Source: Dendrobates tinctorius
Lineage: Eukaryota
Direction of reading: 5' to 3'
Assembly: GCF_039654945.1 (NCBI RefSeq)
Contig: NW_027361991.1
Location: 186,001 to 250,000, forward strand
DNA length: 64,000 nucleotides
The translations under genes and the position numbers were made by a program. Shown piece after piece: positions 21,964-36,900 of the stretch; within the stretch, counting starts at the first letter, position 1; every line of letters starts with the position of its first letter. Under the pieces are notes generated by a model, which worked only from the letters and a program-made list of their open reading frames with translations, ran no database searches and was not told the origin of the DNA.

Positions 21964-24900
21964 ATTCTACAACAACACAAACATATCGAGAAAATACAGG
22001 AAGCACAGCAGGAGATTCTGTGCTACCAGAGCCAACAACATCCTCAGTACTAGAAATTTCAACGGACACAAATCCAGTATCCTACAGAACAACAGACAAG
22101 AATACGACGGTGCCAAAAGTATCTACATCAGAGACATCTACAATAGTTGTATCAAAAACAGAAGGATCGTCACTATCTGTAACATCAATCAAAACATCTA
22201 CAGTATCAGAAAGAACAACTGAAATAATTACAGAGACTTCTATCACAGTAGCTGAAAAAGCGGCAGAAACATCCGCATTGCCAGAAGTATCCACAGAAAC
22301 TTCTCATGTCTCTGACCTAATCACAGAAGTAAAGCATTCAGTATCGGATACTACAATAGAAGCATCTACATTATCCTCTGTACAGTCAAGAAGTTCTCCA
22401 GTGTCTGCTGTACAAACGAAAGAAACATCAGTGGTGCCAGATTCCACAGCGGCAGAGACAAGTCCAGTGGTGGAAGAAAATACAGAAACCTCCTCATTAC
22501 CACAAGTATCCACAGAAACTTCTCCATTGTCTTACTTTACAACAATTACATCAGTGGTGCAAGAATCCACAGCTGTGGAGACTACTCCATTGGTGGAAGC
22601 AACTACAGAAACCTTGTCGTTACCAGAAGTATCCACAAAAACATCTCCATTATCTGCCCAATCTACAGAAGGAACACATTCACTATCTGATACTACATTA
22701 GGAGCATCCACATTAATCTCTGTACAGTCAGGAAGTTCTCCAGTGCCTGCTGTCCAAACGGAAGAAACATCAGTGGTGCCAGATTCCACAGCTGCAGAGA
22801 CAACTACCGTTGTGGAAGAACCTACAGAAACCTCTCCATTACCACACATATCCACAGAAACATCTCCATTGTCTTACTTTACAACGATTACATCAGTGGT
22901 GCCAGAATCCACAGCTGTGGAGACAACTACAGTGATGCAAACAACTACTGAAACCTCCTCACTTCCAGAAGTGTCCACTAGAGCATCTCCAATATCACTA
23001 CCAGAAGGGACATCGGTGGTTTCAGGCTCCACAGCAGCAGAGTCAACTCCAGGAGGAAAAACAACTACAAAAACTGCATCATTACCAGAGGCACCCACAG
23101 AAACCTCTCCAGTGACTGATGTAACAATAACAGGGACATCAGTAGTGCCAGGTTCCATAGACACGGAGACATCTTCAGTGGTTGAAACAACTGCAGAATC
23201 CTCAATGCCAGGAGTATCCACTGAAAGTTCTCCAGTATCTGATCTATCCACAAAAGGAACAAATACAGTACCTAATACTACTATAGGAGATTCACCTTCA
23301 TTACCGTCTGTAACTTCTGTAACTTCTCCTATATCTGAAGTACAAACAGAAGGAACATCAGTGGCACCAGATTCCACAGCTGTGGAGACAACTACAGTGA
23401 TGCAAACAACTACTGAAACCTTCTCACTACCTGAAGTGTCCACAAGAACATCTCCAATATCTGACCAATCTACAGAAAGAACACATTCACAACCAGATAC
23501 CACAATAGAAGCATTTTCAATATCTTCTGTACAGTCAGAGACTTCTATAGTTTCTACATTACTACCAGAAGGAACATCGGTGGTGCCAGGCTCCACAGCA
23601 TTAGAGACAGCTCCAGTAGTAGAAACAAATACAGAAACCTCATCGTTACCAGGAGGACCCACAGAAACTTCGCCAGTGTCTGATATACCAACAAAAGGGA
23701 CATCAGTGGTGCAAGGTTCCACAGACACAGAGACATCTTCAGTGGTTGAAACAACTGCAGAATCCTCATTGCCAGGAGTATCCACTGAAAGTTCTCCAGT
23801 ATCTGATCTGTCCACAAAAGGAACTCATACAGTACCTGATACTACTATAGCAGATTCACCTTCATCACCGTCTGTAACTTCAGTAACTTCTCCTATGTCT
23901 GAAGTACAAACAGAAGGAACATCAGTGGTACCAGATTCCACAGCTGTGGAGACAACTACAGTGATGCAAACAACTACTGAAACCTCCTCACTACCAGAAT
24001 TGTCCACAAGAACATCTCCAATATCTGACCAATCAACAGAAAGAACACATTCACTACCAGATACCACAATAGAAGCATTTTCATTATCTTCTGTACAGTC
24101 AGAGACTTCTATAGTTTCTACATTACTACCAGAAGGAACATCGGTGGTGCCAGGCTCCACAGCATTAGAGACAGCTCCAGTAGTAGAAACAACTACAGAA
24201 AACTCATCGTTACCAGGAGGACCCACAGAAACTTCACCAGTGTCTGATATAACAACAAAAGGGACATCAGTGGTGCAAGGTTCCACAGACATGGAGACAT
24301 CTTCAGTGGTTGAAACAACTGCAGAATCCTCATTGCCAGGAGTATCCACTGAAAGTTCTCCAGTATCTGGTCTGTCCACAAAAGGAACTCATACAGTACC
24401 TGATACTACTATAGCAGATTCACCTTCATCACCGTCTGTAACTTCAGTAACTTCTCCTATGTCTGAAGTACAAACAGAAGGAACATCAGTGGTACCAGAT
24501 TCCACAGCTGTGGAGACAACTACAGTGATGCAAACAACTACTGAAACCTCCTCACTACCAGAAGTGTCCACAAGAACATCTCCAATATCTGACCAATCTA
24601 CAGAAAGAACACATTCACTACCAGATACCACAACAGAAGCATTTTCAATATCTTCTGTACAGTCAGAGATTTCTATAGTTTCTACATTACTAAAAGAAGG
24701 AACATCGGTGGTGCCAGGCTCCACAGCAGTAGAGACATCTCCAGTAGTAGAAACAACTACAGAAACCTCATCGTTAGCAGGAGGACCCACAGAAACTTCT
24801 CCAGTGTCTGATATGACAACAAAAGGGACATCAGTGGTGCAAGGTTCCACAGACATGGAGACATCTTCAGTGGTTGAAACAACTGCAGAATCCTCATTGC

Positions 24901-27900
24901 CAGGAGTATCCACTGAAAGTTCTCCAGTATCTGATCTGTCCACAAAAGGAACTCATACAGTTCCTGATACTACAACAGATTCACCTTCATCACCGTCTGT
25001 AACTTCAGTAACTTCTCCTATGTCTGAAGTACAAACAGAAGGAACATCAGTGGTTCCCGATTCCACAGCTGTGGAGACAACTACAGTGATGCAAACAACT
25101 ACTGAAACCTCCTCACTACCAGAAGTGTCCACAAGAACATCTCCAATATCTGACCAATCTATAGAAAGAACACATTCACTACCAGATACCACAACAGAAG
25201 CATTTTCAATATCTTCTGTACAGTCAGAGACTTCTATAGTTTCTACATTACTAAAAGAAGGAACATCGGTGGTGCCAGGCTCCACAGCAGTAGAGACATC
25301 TCCAGTAGTAGAAACAACTACAGAAACCTCATCGTTAGCAGGAGGACCCACAGAAACTTCTCCAGTGTCTGATATGACAACAAAAGGGACATCAGTGGTG
25401 CAAGGTTCCACAGACACGGGGACATCTTCAGTGGTTGAAACAACTGCAGACTCCTCATTGCCAGGAGTATCCACTGAAAGTTCTCCAGTATCTGATCTGT
25501 CCACAACAGGAACTCATACAGTTCCTGATACTACTATAACAGATACACCTTCATCACCGTCTGTAACTTCAGTAACTTCTCCTATGTCTGAAGTACAAAC
25601 AGAAGGAACATCAGTGGTACCAGATTCCACAGCTGTGGAGACAACTACAGTGATGCAAACAACTACTGAAACCTCCTCACTACTAGAAGTGTCCACAAGA
25701 ACATCTCCAATATCTGACCAATCTACAGAAAGAACACATTCACTACCAGATACCACAATAGAAGCATTTTCGTTATCTTCTGTACAGTCAGAGACTTCTA
25801 CAGTTTCTACATTACTGCCAGAAGGAACATCGGTGGTGCCAGGCTCCACAGCAGTAGAGACAGATCCAGTAGTAGAAACAACTACAGAAACCTCATCGTT
25901 ACCAGGAGGACCCACAGAAACTTCACCAGTGTCTGATATACCAACAAAAGGGACATCAGTGGTGCAAGGTTCCACAGACACGGAGACATCTTCAGTGGTT
26001 GAAACAACTGCAGAATCCTCATTGCCAGGAGTATCCACTGAAAGTTCTCCAGTATCTGATATGTCCACAAAAGGAACTCATACAGTACCTGATACTACTA
26101 TAGCAGATTCACCTTCATCACCGTCTGTAACTTCAGTAACTTCTCCTATGTCTGAAGTACAAACAGAAGGAACATCAGTGGTACCAGATTCCACAGCTGT
26201 GGAGACAACTACAGTGATGCAAACAACTACTGAAACCTACTCACTACCAGAAGTGTCCATAAGAACATCTCCAATATCTGACCAGTCTACAGAAAGAACA
26301 CATTCACTACCAGATACCACAATAGAAGCATTTTTGTTATCTTCTGTTCAGTCAGAGACTTCTACAGTTTCTACATTACTGCCAGAAGGAACATCGGTGG
26401 TGCCAAGCTCCACAGCAGTGGAGACAGCTCCAGTTGTAGAAACAACTACAGAAACCTCATCGTTACCAGGAGAATTCACAGAAACTTCTCCAGTGTCTGG
26501 TATAACAACAAAAGGGACATCAGTGGTGCAAGGTTCCACAGACACAGAGACATCTTCAGTGGTTGAAACAACTGCAGAATCCTCATTGCCAGGAGTATCC
26601 ACTGAAAGTTCTCCAGTATCTGATCTGTCCACAAAAGGAACTCATACAGTTCCTGATACTACTATAACAGATTCACCTTCATCACCGTCTGTAACTTCAG
26701 TAACTTCTCCTATGTCTGAAGTACAAACAGAAGGAACATCAGTGGTACCAGATTCCACAGCTGTGGAGACAACTACAGTGATGCAAACAACTACTGAAAC
26801 CTACTCACTACCAGAAGTGTCCACAAGAACATCTCCAATATCTGACCAATCAACAGAAAGAACACAATCACTACCAGATACCACAATAGAAGCATTTTCA
26901 TTATCTTCTGTACAGTCAGAGACTTCTATAGTTTCTACATTACTACCAGAAGGAACATCGGTGGTGCCAGGCTCCACAGTATTAGAGACAGCTCCAGTAG
27001 TAGAAACAACTACAGAAACCTCATCGTTACCAGGAGGACCCACAGAAACTTCACCAGTGTCTGATATAACAACAAAAGGGACATCAGTGGTGCAAGGTTC
27101 CACAGACATGGAGACATCTTCAGTGGTTGAAACAACTGCAGAATCCTCATTGCCAGGAGTATCCACTGAAAGTTCTCCAGTATCTGGTCTGTCCACAAAA
27201 GGAACTCATACAGTACCTGATACTACTATAGCAGATTCACCTTCATCGCCGTCTGTAACTTCAGTAACTTCTCCTATGTCTGAAGTACAAACAGAAGGAA
27301 CATCAGTGGTACCAGATTCCACAGCTGTGAAGACAACTACAGTGATGCAAACAACTACTGAAACCTCCTCACTACCAGAAGTGTCCACAAGAACATCTCC
27401 AATATCTGACCAATCAACAGAAAGAACACATTCACTACCAGATACCACAATAGAAGCATTTTCTTTATCTTCTGTACAGTCAGAGACTTCTATAGTTTCT
27501 ACATTACTACCAGAAGGAACATCGGTGGTGCCAGGCTCCACAGCATTAGAGACAGCTCCAGTAGTAGAAACAACTACAGAAACCTCATCGTTACCAGGAG
27601 GACCCACAGAAACTTCACCAGTGTCTGATATAACAACAAAAGGGACATCAGTGGTGCAAGGTTCCACAGACATGGAGACATCTTCAGTGGTTGAAACAAC
27701 TGCAGAATCCTCATTGCCAGGAGTATCCACTGAAAGTTCTCCAGTATCTGTTCTGTCCACAAAAGGAACTCATACAGTACCTGATACTACTATAGCAGAT
27801 TCACCTTCATCACCGTCTGTAACTTCAGTAACTTCTCCTATGTCTGAAGTACTAACAGAAGGAACATCAGTGGTACCAGATTCCACAGCTGTGGAGACAA

Positions 27901-30900
27901 CTACAGTGATGCAAACAACTACTGAAACCTCCTCACTACCAGAAGTGTCCGCAAGAACATCTCCAATATCTGACCAATCTATAGAAAGAACACATTCACT
28001 ACCAGATACCACAACACAAGCATTTTCAATATCTTCTGCACAGTCAGAGACTTCTATAGTTTCCACATTACTAAAAGAAGGAACATCGGTGGTGCCAGGC
28101 TCCACAGCAGTAGAGACATCTCCAGTAGTAGAAACAACTACAGAAACCTCATCGTTAGCAGGAGGACCCACAGAAACTTCTCCAGTGTCTGATATGACAA
28201 CAAAAGGGACATCAGTGGTGCAAGGTTCCACAGACACGGGGACATCTTCAGTGGTTGAAACAACTGCAGAATCCTCATTGCCAGGAGTATCCACTGAAAG
28301 TTCTCCAGTATCTGATCTGTCCACAACAGGAACTCATACAGTTCCTGATACTACTATAACAGATACACCTTCATCACCGTCTGTAACTTCAGTAACTTCT
28401 CCTATGTCTGAAGTACAAACAGAAGGAACATCAGTGGTACCAGATTCCACAGCTGTGGAGACAACTACAGTGATGCAAACAACTACTGAAACCTCCTCAC
28501 TACTAGAAGTGTCCACAAGAACATCTCCAATATCTGACCAATCTACAGAAAGAACACATTCACTACCAGATACCACAATAGAAGCATTTTCATTATCTTC
28601 TGTACAGTCAGAGACTTCTACAGTTTCTACATTACTGCCAGAAGGAACATCGGTGGTGCCAGGCTCCACAGCAGTAGAGACAGATCCAGTAGTAGAAACA
28701 ACTACAGAAACCTCATCGTTACCAGGAGGACCCACAGAAACTTCACCAGTGTCTGATATACCAACAAAAGGGACATCAGTGGTGCTAGGTTCCACAGACA
28801 CGGAGACATCTTCAGTGGTTGAAACAACTGCAGAATCCTCATTGCCAGGAGTATCCACTGAAAGTTCTCCAGTATCTGATCTGTCCACAAAAGGAACTCA
28901 TACAGTACCTGATACTACTATAGCAGATTCACCTTCATCACCGTCTGTAACTTCAGTAACTTCTCCTATGTCTGAAGTACAAACAGAAGGAACATCAGTG
29001 GTACCAGATTCCACAGCTGTGGAGACAACTACAGTGATGCAAACAACTACTGAAACCTACTCACTACCAGAAGTGTCCATAAGAACATCTCCAATATCTG
29101 ACCAGTCTACAGAAAGAACACATTCACTACCAGATACCACAATAGAAGCATTTTCGTTATCTTCTGTTCAGTCAGAGACTTCTACAGTTTCTACATTACT
29201 GCCAGAAGGAACATCGGTGGTGCCAAGCTCCACAGCAGTGGAGACAGCTCCAGTTGTAGAAACAACTACAGAAACCTCATCGTTACCAGGAGAATTCACA
29301 GAAACTTCTCCAGTGTCTGGTATAACAACAAAAGGGACATCAGTGGTGCAAGGTTCCACAGACACAGAGACATCTTCAGTGGTTGAAACAACTGCAGAAT
29401 CCTCATTGCCAGGAGTATCCACTGAAAGTTCTCCAGTATCTGATCTGTCCACAAAAGGAACTCATACAGTTCCTGATACTACTATAACAGATTCACCTTC
29501 ATCACCGTCTGTAACTTCAGTAACTTCTCCTATGTCTGAAGTACAAACAGAAGGAACATCAGTGGTACCAGATTCCACAGCTGTGGAGACAACTACAGTG
29601 ATGCAAACAACTACTGAAACCTACTCACTACCAGAAGTGTCCACAAGAACATCTCCAATATCTGACCAATCAACAGAAAGAACACAATCACTACCAGATA
29701 CCACAATAGAAGCATTTTCATTATCTTCTGTACAGTCAGAGACTTCTATAGTTTCTACATTACTACCAGAAGGAACATCGGTGGTGCCAGGCTCCACAGT
29801 ATTAGAGACAGCTCCAGTAGTAGAAACAACTACAGAAACCTCATCGTTACCAGGAGGACCCACAGAAACTTCACCAGTGTCTGATATAACAACAAAAGGG
29901 ACATCAGTGGTGCAAGGTTCCACAGACATGGAGACATCTTCAGTGGTTGAAACAACTGCAGAATCCTCATTGCCAGGAGTATCCACTGAAAGTTCTCCAG
30001 TATCTGGTCTGTCCACAAAAGGAACTCATACAGTACCTGATACTACTATAGCAGATTCACCTTCATCGCCGTCTGTAACTTCAGTAACTTCTCCTATGTC
30101 TGAAGTACAAACAGAAGGAACATCAGTGGTACCAGATTCCACAGCTGTGAAGACAACTACAGTGATGCAAACAACTACTGAAACCTCCTCACTACCAGAA
30201 GTGTCCACAAGAACATCTCCAATATCTGACCAATCAACAGAAAGAACACATTCACTACCAGATACCACAATAGAAGCATTTTCTTTATCTTCTGTACAGT
30301 CAGAGACTTCTATAGTTTCTACATTACTACCAGAAGGAACATCGGTGGTGCCAGGCTCCACAGCATTAGAGACAGCTCCAGTAGTAGAAACAACTACAGA
30401 AACCTCATCGTTACCAGGAGGACCCACAGAAACTTCACCAGTGTCTGATATAACAACAAAAGGGACATCAGTGGTGCAAGGTTCCACAGACATGGAGACA
30501 TCTTCAGTGGTTGAAACAACTGCAGAATCCTCATTGCCAGGAGTATCCACTGAAAGTTCTCCAGTATCTGTTCTGTCCACAAAAGGAACTCATACAGTAC
30601 CTGATACTACTATAGCAGATTCACCTTCATCACCGTCTGTAACTTCAGTAACTTCTCCTATGTCTGAAGTACTAACAGAAGGAACATCAGTGGTACCAGA
30701 TTCCACAGCTGTGGAGACAACTACAGTGATGCAAACAACTACTGAAACCTCCTCACTACCAGAAGTGTCCGCAAGAACATCTCCAATATCTGACCAATAT
30801 ATAGAAAGAACACATTCACTACCAGATACCACAACACAAGCATTTTCAATATCTTCTGCACAGTCAGAGACTTCTATAGTTTCCACATTACTAAAAGAAG

Positions 30901-33900
30901 GAACATCGGTGGTGCCAGGCTCCACAGCAGTAGAGACATCTCCAGTAGTAGAAACAACTACAGAAACCTCATCGTTAGCAGGAGGACCCACAGAAACTTC
31001 TCCAGTGTCTGATATGACAACAAAAGGGACATCAGTGGTGCAAGGTTCCACAGACACGGGGACATCTTCAGTGGTTGAAACAACTGCAGAATCCTCATTG
31101 CCAGGAGTATCCACTGAAAGTTCTCCAGTATCTGATCTGTCCACAACAGGAACTCATACAGTTCCTGATACTACTATAACAGATACACCTTCATCACCGT
31201 CTGTAACTTCAGTAACTTCTCCTATGTCTGAAGTACAAACAGAAGGAACATCAGTGGTACCAGATTCCACAGCTGTGGAGACAACTACAGTGATGCAAAC
31301 AACTACTGAAACCTCCTCACTACTAGAAGTGTCCACAAGAACATCTCCAATATCTGACCAATCTACAGAAAGAACACATTCACTACCAGATACCACAATA
31401 GAAGCATTTTCATTATCTTCTGTACAGTCAGAGACTTCTACAGTTTCTACATTACTGCCAGAAGGAACATCGGTGGTGCCAGGCTCCACAGCAGTAGAGA
31501 CAGATCCAGTAGTAGAAACAACTACAGAAACCTCATCGTTACCAGGAGGACCCACAGAAACTTCACCAGTGTCTGATATACCAACAAAAGGGACATCAGT
31601 GGTGCTAGGTTCCACAGACACGGAGACATCTTCAGTGGTTGAAACAACTGCAGAATCCTCATTGCCAGGAGTATCCACTGAAAGTTCTCCAGTATCTGAT
31701 CTGTCCACAAAAGGAACTCATACAGTACCTGATACTACTATAGCAGATTCACCTTCATCACCGTCTGTAACTTCAGTAACTTCTCCTATGTCTGAAGTAC
31801 AAACAGAAGGAACATCAGTGGTACCAGATTCCACAGCTGTGGAGACAACTACAGTGATGCAAACAACTACTGAAACCTACTCACTACCAGAAGTGTCCAT
31901 AAGAACATCTCCAATATCTGACCAGTCTACAGAAAGAACACATTCACTACCAGATACCACAATAGAAGCATTTTCGTTATCTTCTGTTCAGTCAGAGACT
32001 TCTACAGTTTCTACATTACTGCCAGAAGGAACATCGGTGGTGCCAAGCTCCACAGCAGTGGAGACAGCTCCAGTTGTAGAAACAACTACAGAAACCTCAT
32101 CGTTACCAGGAGAATTCACAGAAACTTCTCCAGTGTCTGGTATAACAACAAAAGGGACATCAGTGGTGCAAGGTTCCACAGACACAGAGACATCTTCAGT
32201 GGTTGAAACAACTGCAGAATCCTCATTGCCAGGAGTATCCACTGAAAGTTCTCCAGTATCTGATCTGTCCACAAAAGGAACTCATACAGTTCCTGATACT
32301 ACTATAACAGATTCACCTTCATCACCGTCTGTAACTTCAGTAACTTCTCCTATGTCTGAAGTACAAACAGAAGGAACATCAGTGGTACCAGATTCCACAG
32401 CTGTGGAGACAACTACAGTGATGCAAACAACTACTGAAACCTACTCACTACCAGAAGTGTCCACAAGAACATCTCCAATATCTGACCAATCAACAGAAAG
32501 AACACAATCACTACCAGATACCACAATAGAAGCATTTTCATTATCTTCTGTACAGTCAGAGACTTCTATAGTTTCTACATTACTACCAGAAGGAACATCG
32601 GTGGTGCCAGGCTCCACAGTATTAGAGACAGCTCCAGTAGTAGAAACAACTACAGAAACCTCATCGTTACCAGGAGGACCCACAGAAACTTCACCAGTGT
32701 CTGATATAACAACAAAAGGGACATCAGTGGTGCAAGGTTCCACAGACATGGAGACATCTTCAGTGGTTGAAACAACTGCAGAATCCTCATTGCCAGGAGT
32801 ATCCACTGAAAGTTCTCCAGTATCTGGTCTGTCCACAAAAGGAACTCATACAGTACCTGATACTACTATAGCAGATTCACCTTCATCGCCGTCTGTAACT
32901 TCAGTAACTTCTCCTATGTCTGAAGTACAAACAGAAGGAACATCAGTGGTACCAGATTCCACAGCTGTGAAGACAACTACAGTGATGCAAACAACTACTG
33001 AAACCTCCTCACTACCAGAAGTGTCCACAAGAACATCTCCAATATCTGACCAATCTACAGAAAGAACACATTCACTACCAGATACCACAACAGAAGCATT
33101 TTCAATATCTTCTGTACAGTCAGAGACTTCTATAGTTTCTACATTACTAAAAGAAGGAACATCGGTGGTGCCAGGCTCCACAGCAGTAGAGACATCTCCA
33201 GTAGTAGAAACAACTACAGAAACCTCATCATTAGCAGGAGGACCCACAGAAACTTCTCCAGTGTCTGATATGACAACAAAAGGGACATCAGTGGTGCAAG
33301 GTTCCACAGACACGGGGACATCTTCAGTGGTTGAAACAACTGCAGAATCCTCATTGCCAGGAGTATCCACTGAAAGTTCTCCAGTATCTGATCTGTCCAC
33401 AAAAGGAACTCATACAGTTCCTGATACTACTATAACAGATTCATCTTCATCACCGTCTGTAACTTCAGTAACTTCTCCTATGTCTGAAGTACAAACAGAA
33501 GGAACATCAGTGGTTCCCGATTCCACAGCTGTGGAGACAACTACAGTGATGCAAACAACTACTGAAACCTCCTCACTACTAGAAGTGTCCACAAGAACAT
33601 CTCCAATATCTGACCAATCTACAGAAAGAACACATTCACTACCCGATACCACAATAGAAGCATTTTCGTTATCTTCTGTACAGTCAGCGACTTCTACAGT
33701 TTCTACATTACTACCAGAAGGAACATCGGTGGTGCCAGGCTCCACAGCAGTAGAGACAGCTCCAGTAGTAGAAACAACTACAGAAACCTCATCATTACCA
33801 GGAGTACCCACAGAAACTTCACCAGTGTCTGATATACCAACAAAAGGGACATCAGTGGTGCAAGGTTCCACAGACACGGAGACATCTTTAGTGGTTGAAA

Positions 33901-36900
33901 CAACTGCAGAAACCTCATTGCCAGGAGTATCCACTGAAAGTTCTCCAGTATCTGATCTGTCCACAAAAGGAACTCATACAGTACCTGATACTACAATAGC
34001 AGATTCACCTTTATCACCGTCTGTAACTTCAGTAACTTCTCCTATGTCTGAAGTACAAACAGAAGGAACATCAGTGATACCAGATTCCACAGCTGTGGAG
34101 ACAACTACAGTGATGCAAACAACTACTGAAACCTACTCACTACCAGAAGTGTCCACAAGAACATCTCCAATATCTGACCAATCAACAGAAAGAACACATT
34201 CACTACCAGATACCACAATAGAAGCATTTTCTTTATCTTCTGTACAGTCAGAGACTTCTATAGTTTCTACATTACTACCAGAAGGAACATCGGTGGTGCC
34301 AGGCTCCACAGCATTAGAGACAGCTCCAGTAGTAGAAACAACTACAGAAACCTCATCGTTACCAGGAGGACCCACAGAAACTTCACCAGTGTCTGATATA
34401 ACAACAAAAGGGACATCAGTGGTGCAAGGTTCCACAGACATGGAGACATCTTCAGTGGTTGAAACAACTGCAGAATCCTCATTGCCAGGAGTATCCACTG
34501 AAAGTTCTCCAGTATCTGTTCTGTCCACAAAAGGAACTCATACATTACCTGATACTACTATAGCAGATTCACCTTCATCACCGTCTGTAACTTCAGTAAC
34601 TTCTCCTATGTCTGAAGTACTAACAGAAGGAACATCAGTGGTACCAGATTCCACAGCTGTGGAGACAACTACAGTGATGCAAACAACTACTGAAACCTCC
34701 TCACTACCAGAAGTGTCCACAAGAACATCTCCAATATCTGACCAATCTATAGAAAGAACACATTCACTACCAGATACCACAACACAAGCATTTTCAATAT
34801 CTTCTGCACAGTCAGAGACTTCTATAGTTTCCACATTACTAAAAGAAGGAACATCGGTGGTGCCAGGCTCCACAGCAGTAGAGACATCTCCAGTAGTAGA
34901 AACAACTACAGAAACCTCATCGTTAGCAGGAGGACCCACAGAAACTTCTCCAGTGTCTGATATGACAACAAAAGGGACATCAGTGGTGCAAGGTTCCACA
35001 GACACGGGGACATCTTCAGTGGTTGAAACAACTGCAGAATCCTCATTGCCAGGAGTATCCACTGAAATTTCTCCAGTATCTGATCTGTCCACAAAAGGAA
35101 CTCATACAGTTCCTGATACTACTATAACAGATTCACCTTCATCACCGTCTGTAACTTCAGTAACTTCTCCTATGTCTGAAGTACAAACAGAAGGAACATC
35201 AGTGGTTCCCGATTCCACAGCTGTGGAGACAACTACAGTGATGCAAACAACTACTGAAACCTCCTCACTACTAGAAGTGTCTACAAGAACATCTCCAATA
35301 TCTGACCAATCTACAGAAAGAACACATTCACTGCCAGATACCACAAGAGAAGTATCTTCGTTATCTTCTGTACAGTCAGCGACTTCTACAGTTTCTACAT
35401 TACTACCAGAAGGAACATCGGTGGTGCCAGGCTCCACAGCAGTAGAGACAGCTCCAGTAGTAGAAACAACTACAGAAACCTCATCGTTACCAGGAGGACC
35501 CACAGAAACTTCACCAGTGTCTGATATACCAACAAAAGGGACATCAGTGGTGCAAGGTTCCACAGACACCGAGACATCTTCAGTGGTTGAAACAACTGCA
35601 GAATCCTCATTGCCAGGAGTATCCACTGAAAGTTCTCCAGTATCTGATCTGTCCACAACAGGAACTCATACAGTTCCTGATACTACTATAGCAGATTCAC
35701 CTTCATCACCATCTGTAACTTCAGTAACTTCTCCTATGTCTGAAGTACAAACAGAAGGAACATCAGTGGTACCAGATTCCACAGCTGTGGAGACAACTAC
35801 AGTGATGCAAACAACTACTGAAACCTACTCACTACCAGAAGTGTCCATAAGAACATCTCCAATATCTGACCAGTCTACAGAAAGAACACATTCACTACCA
35901 GATACCACAATAGAAGCATTTTCATTATCTTCTGTACAGTCAGAGACTTCTATAGTTTCTACATTACTACCAGAAGGAACATCGGTGGTGCCAGGCTCCA
36001 CAGCAGAAGAGACAGCTCCAGTAGTAGAAACAACTACAGAAACCTCAACATTACCTGAGGGACCCACAGAATCTTCTCCAGTGTCTGATATAACAACAAA
36101 AGGGACATCAGTGGTTCAAGGTTCCACAGACACGGAGACATCTTCAGTGGTTGAAACAACTGCAGAATCCTCATTGCCAGGAGTATCCACTGAATGTTCT
36201 CCAGTATCTGATCTGTCCACAAAAGGAACTCATACATTTCCTGATACGACTATAGCAGATTCACCTTCAACACCGTCTGTAACTTCAGTACGTTCTCCTA
36301 TGTCTGAAGTAGAAACAGAAGAAACATCAGTGGTACCAGATTCCACAACTGTGGAGAAAACTACAGTGATGCAAACAACTAATGAAACCTCCTCACTACC
36401 AGAAGTGTCCACAAAAACATCTCCAATATCTGACCAATCTACAGAAAGAACACATTCACTACCAGATACCACAATAGAAGCATTTTCATTATCTTCTGTA
36501 CAGTCAGAGACTTCTATGGTTTCTACATTACTACCAGAAGGAACATCGGTGGTGCCAGGCTCCACAGCAGTAGAGACAGCTCCAGTAGTAGAAACAACTA
36601 CAGAAACCTCATCGTTACCAGGAAGACCCACAGAAACTTCTCCAGTGTCTGATAAAGCAACAAAAGGGACATCAGTGGTGCAAGGTTCCACAGACATGGA
36701 GACATCTTCAGTGGTTGAAACAACTGCAGAATCCTCATTGCCAGGAGTATTCACTGAAAGTTCTCCAGTATCTGATCTGTCCACAAAAGGAACTCATAGA
36801 GTACCTGATACTACTATAGCAGATTCACCTGCATCACCGTCTGTAACTTCAGTAACTTCTCCTATGTCTGAAGTACAAACAGAAGGAACATCAGTGGTAC

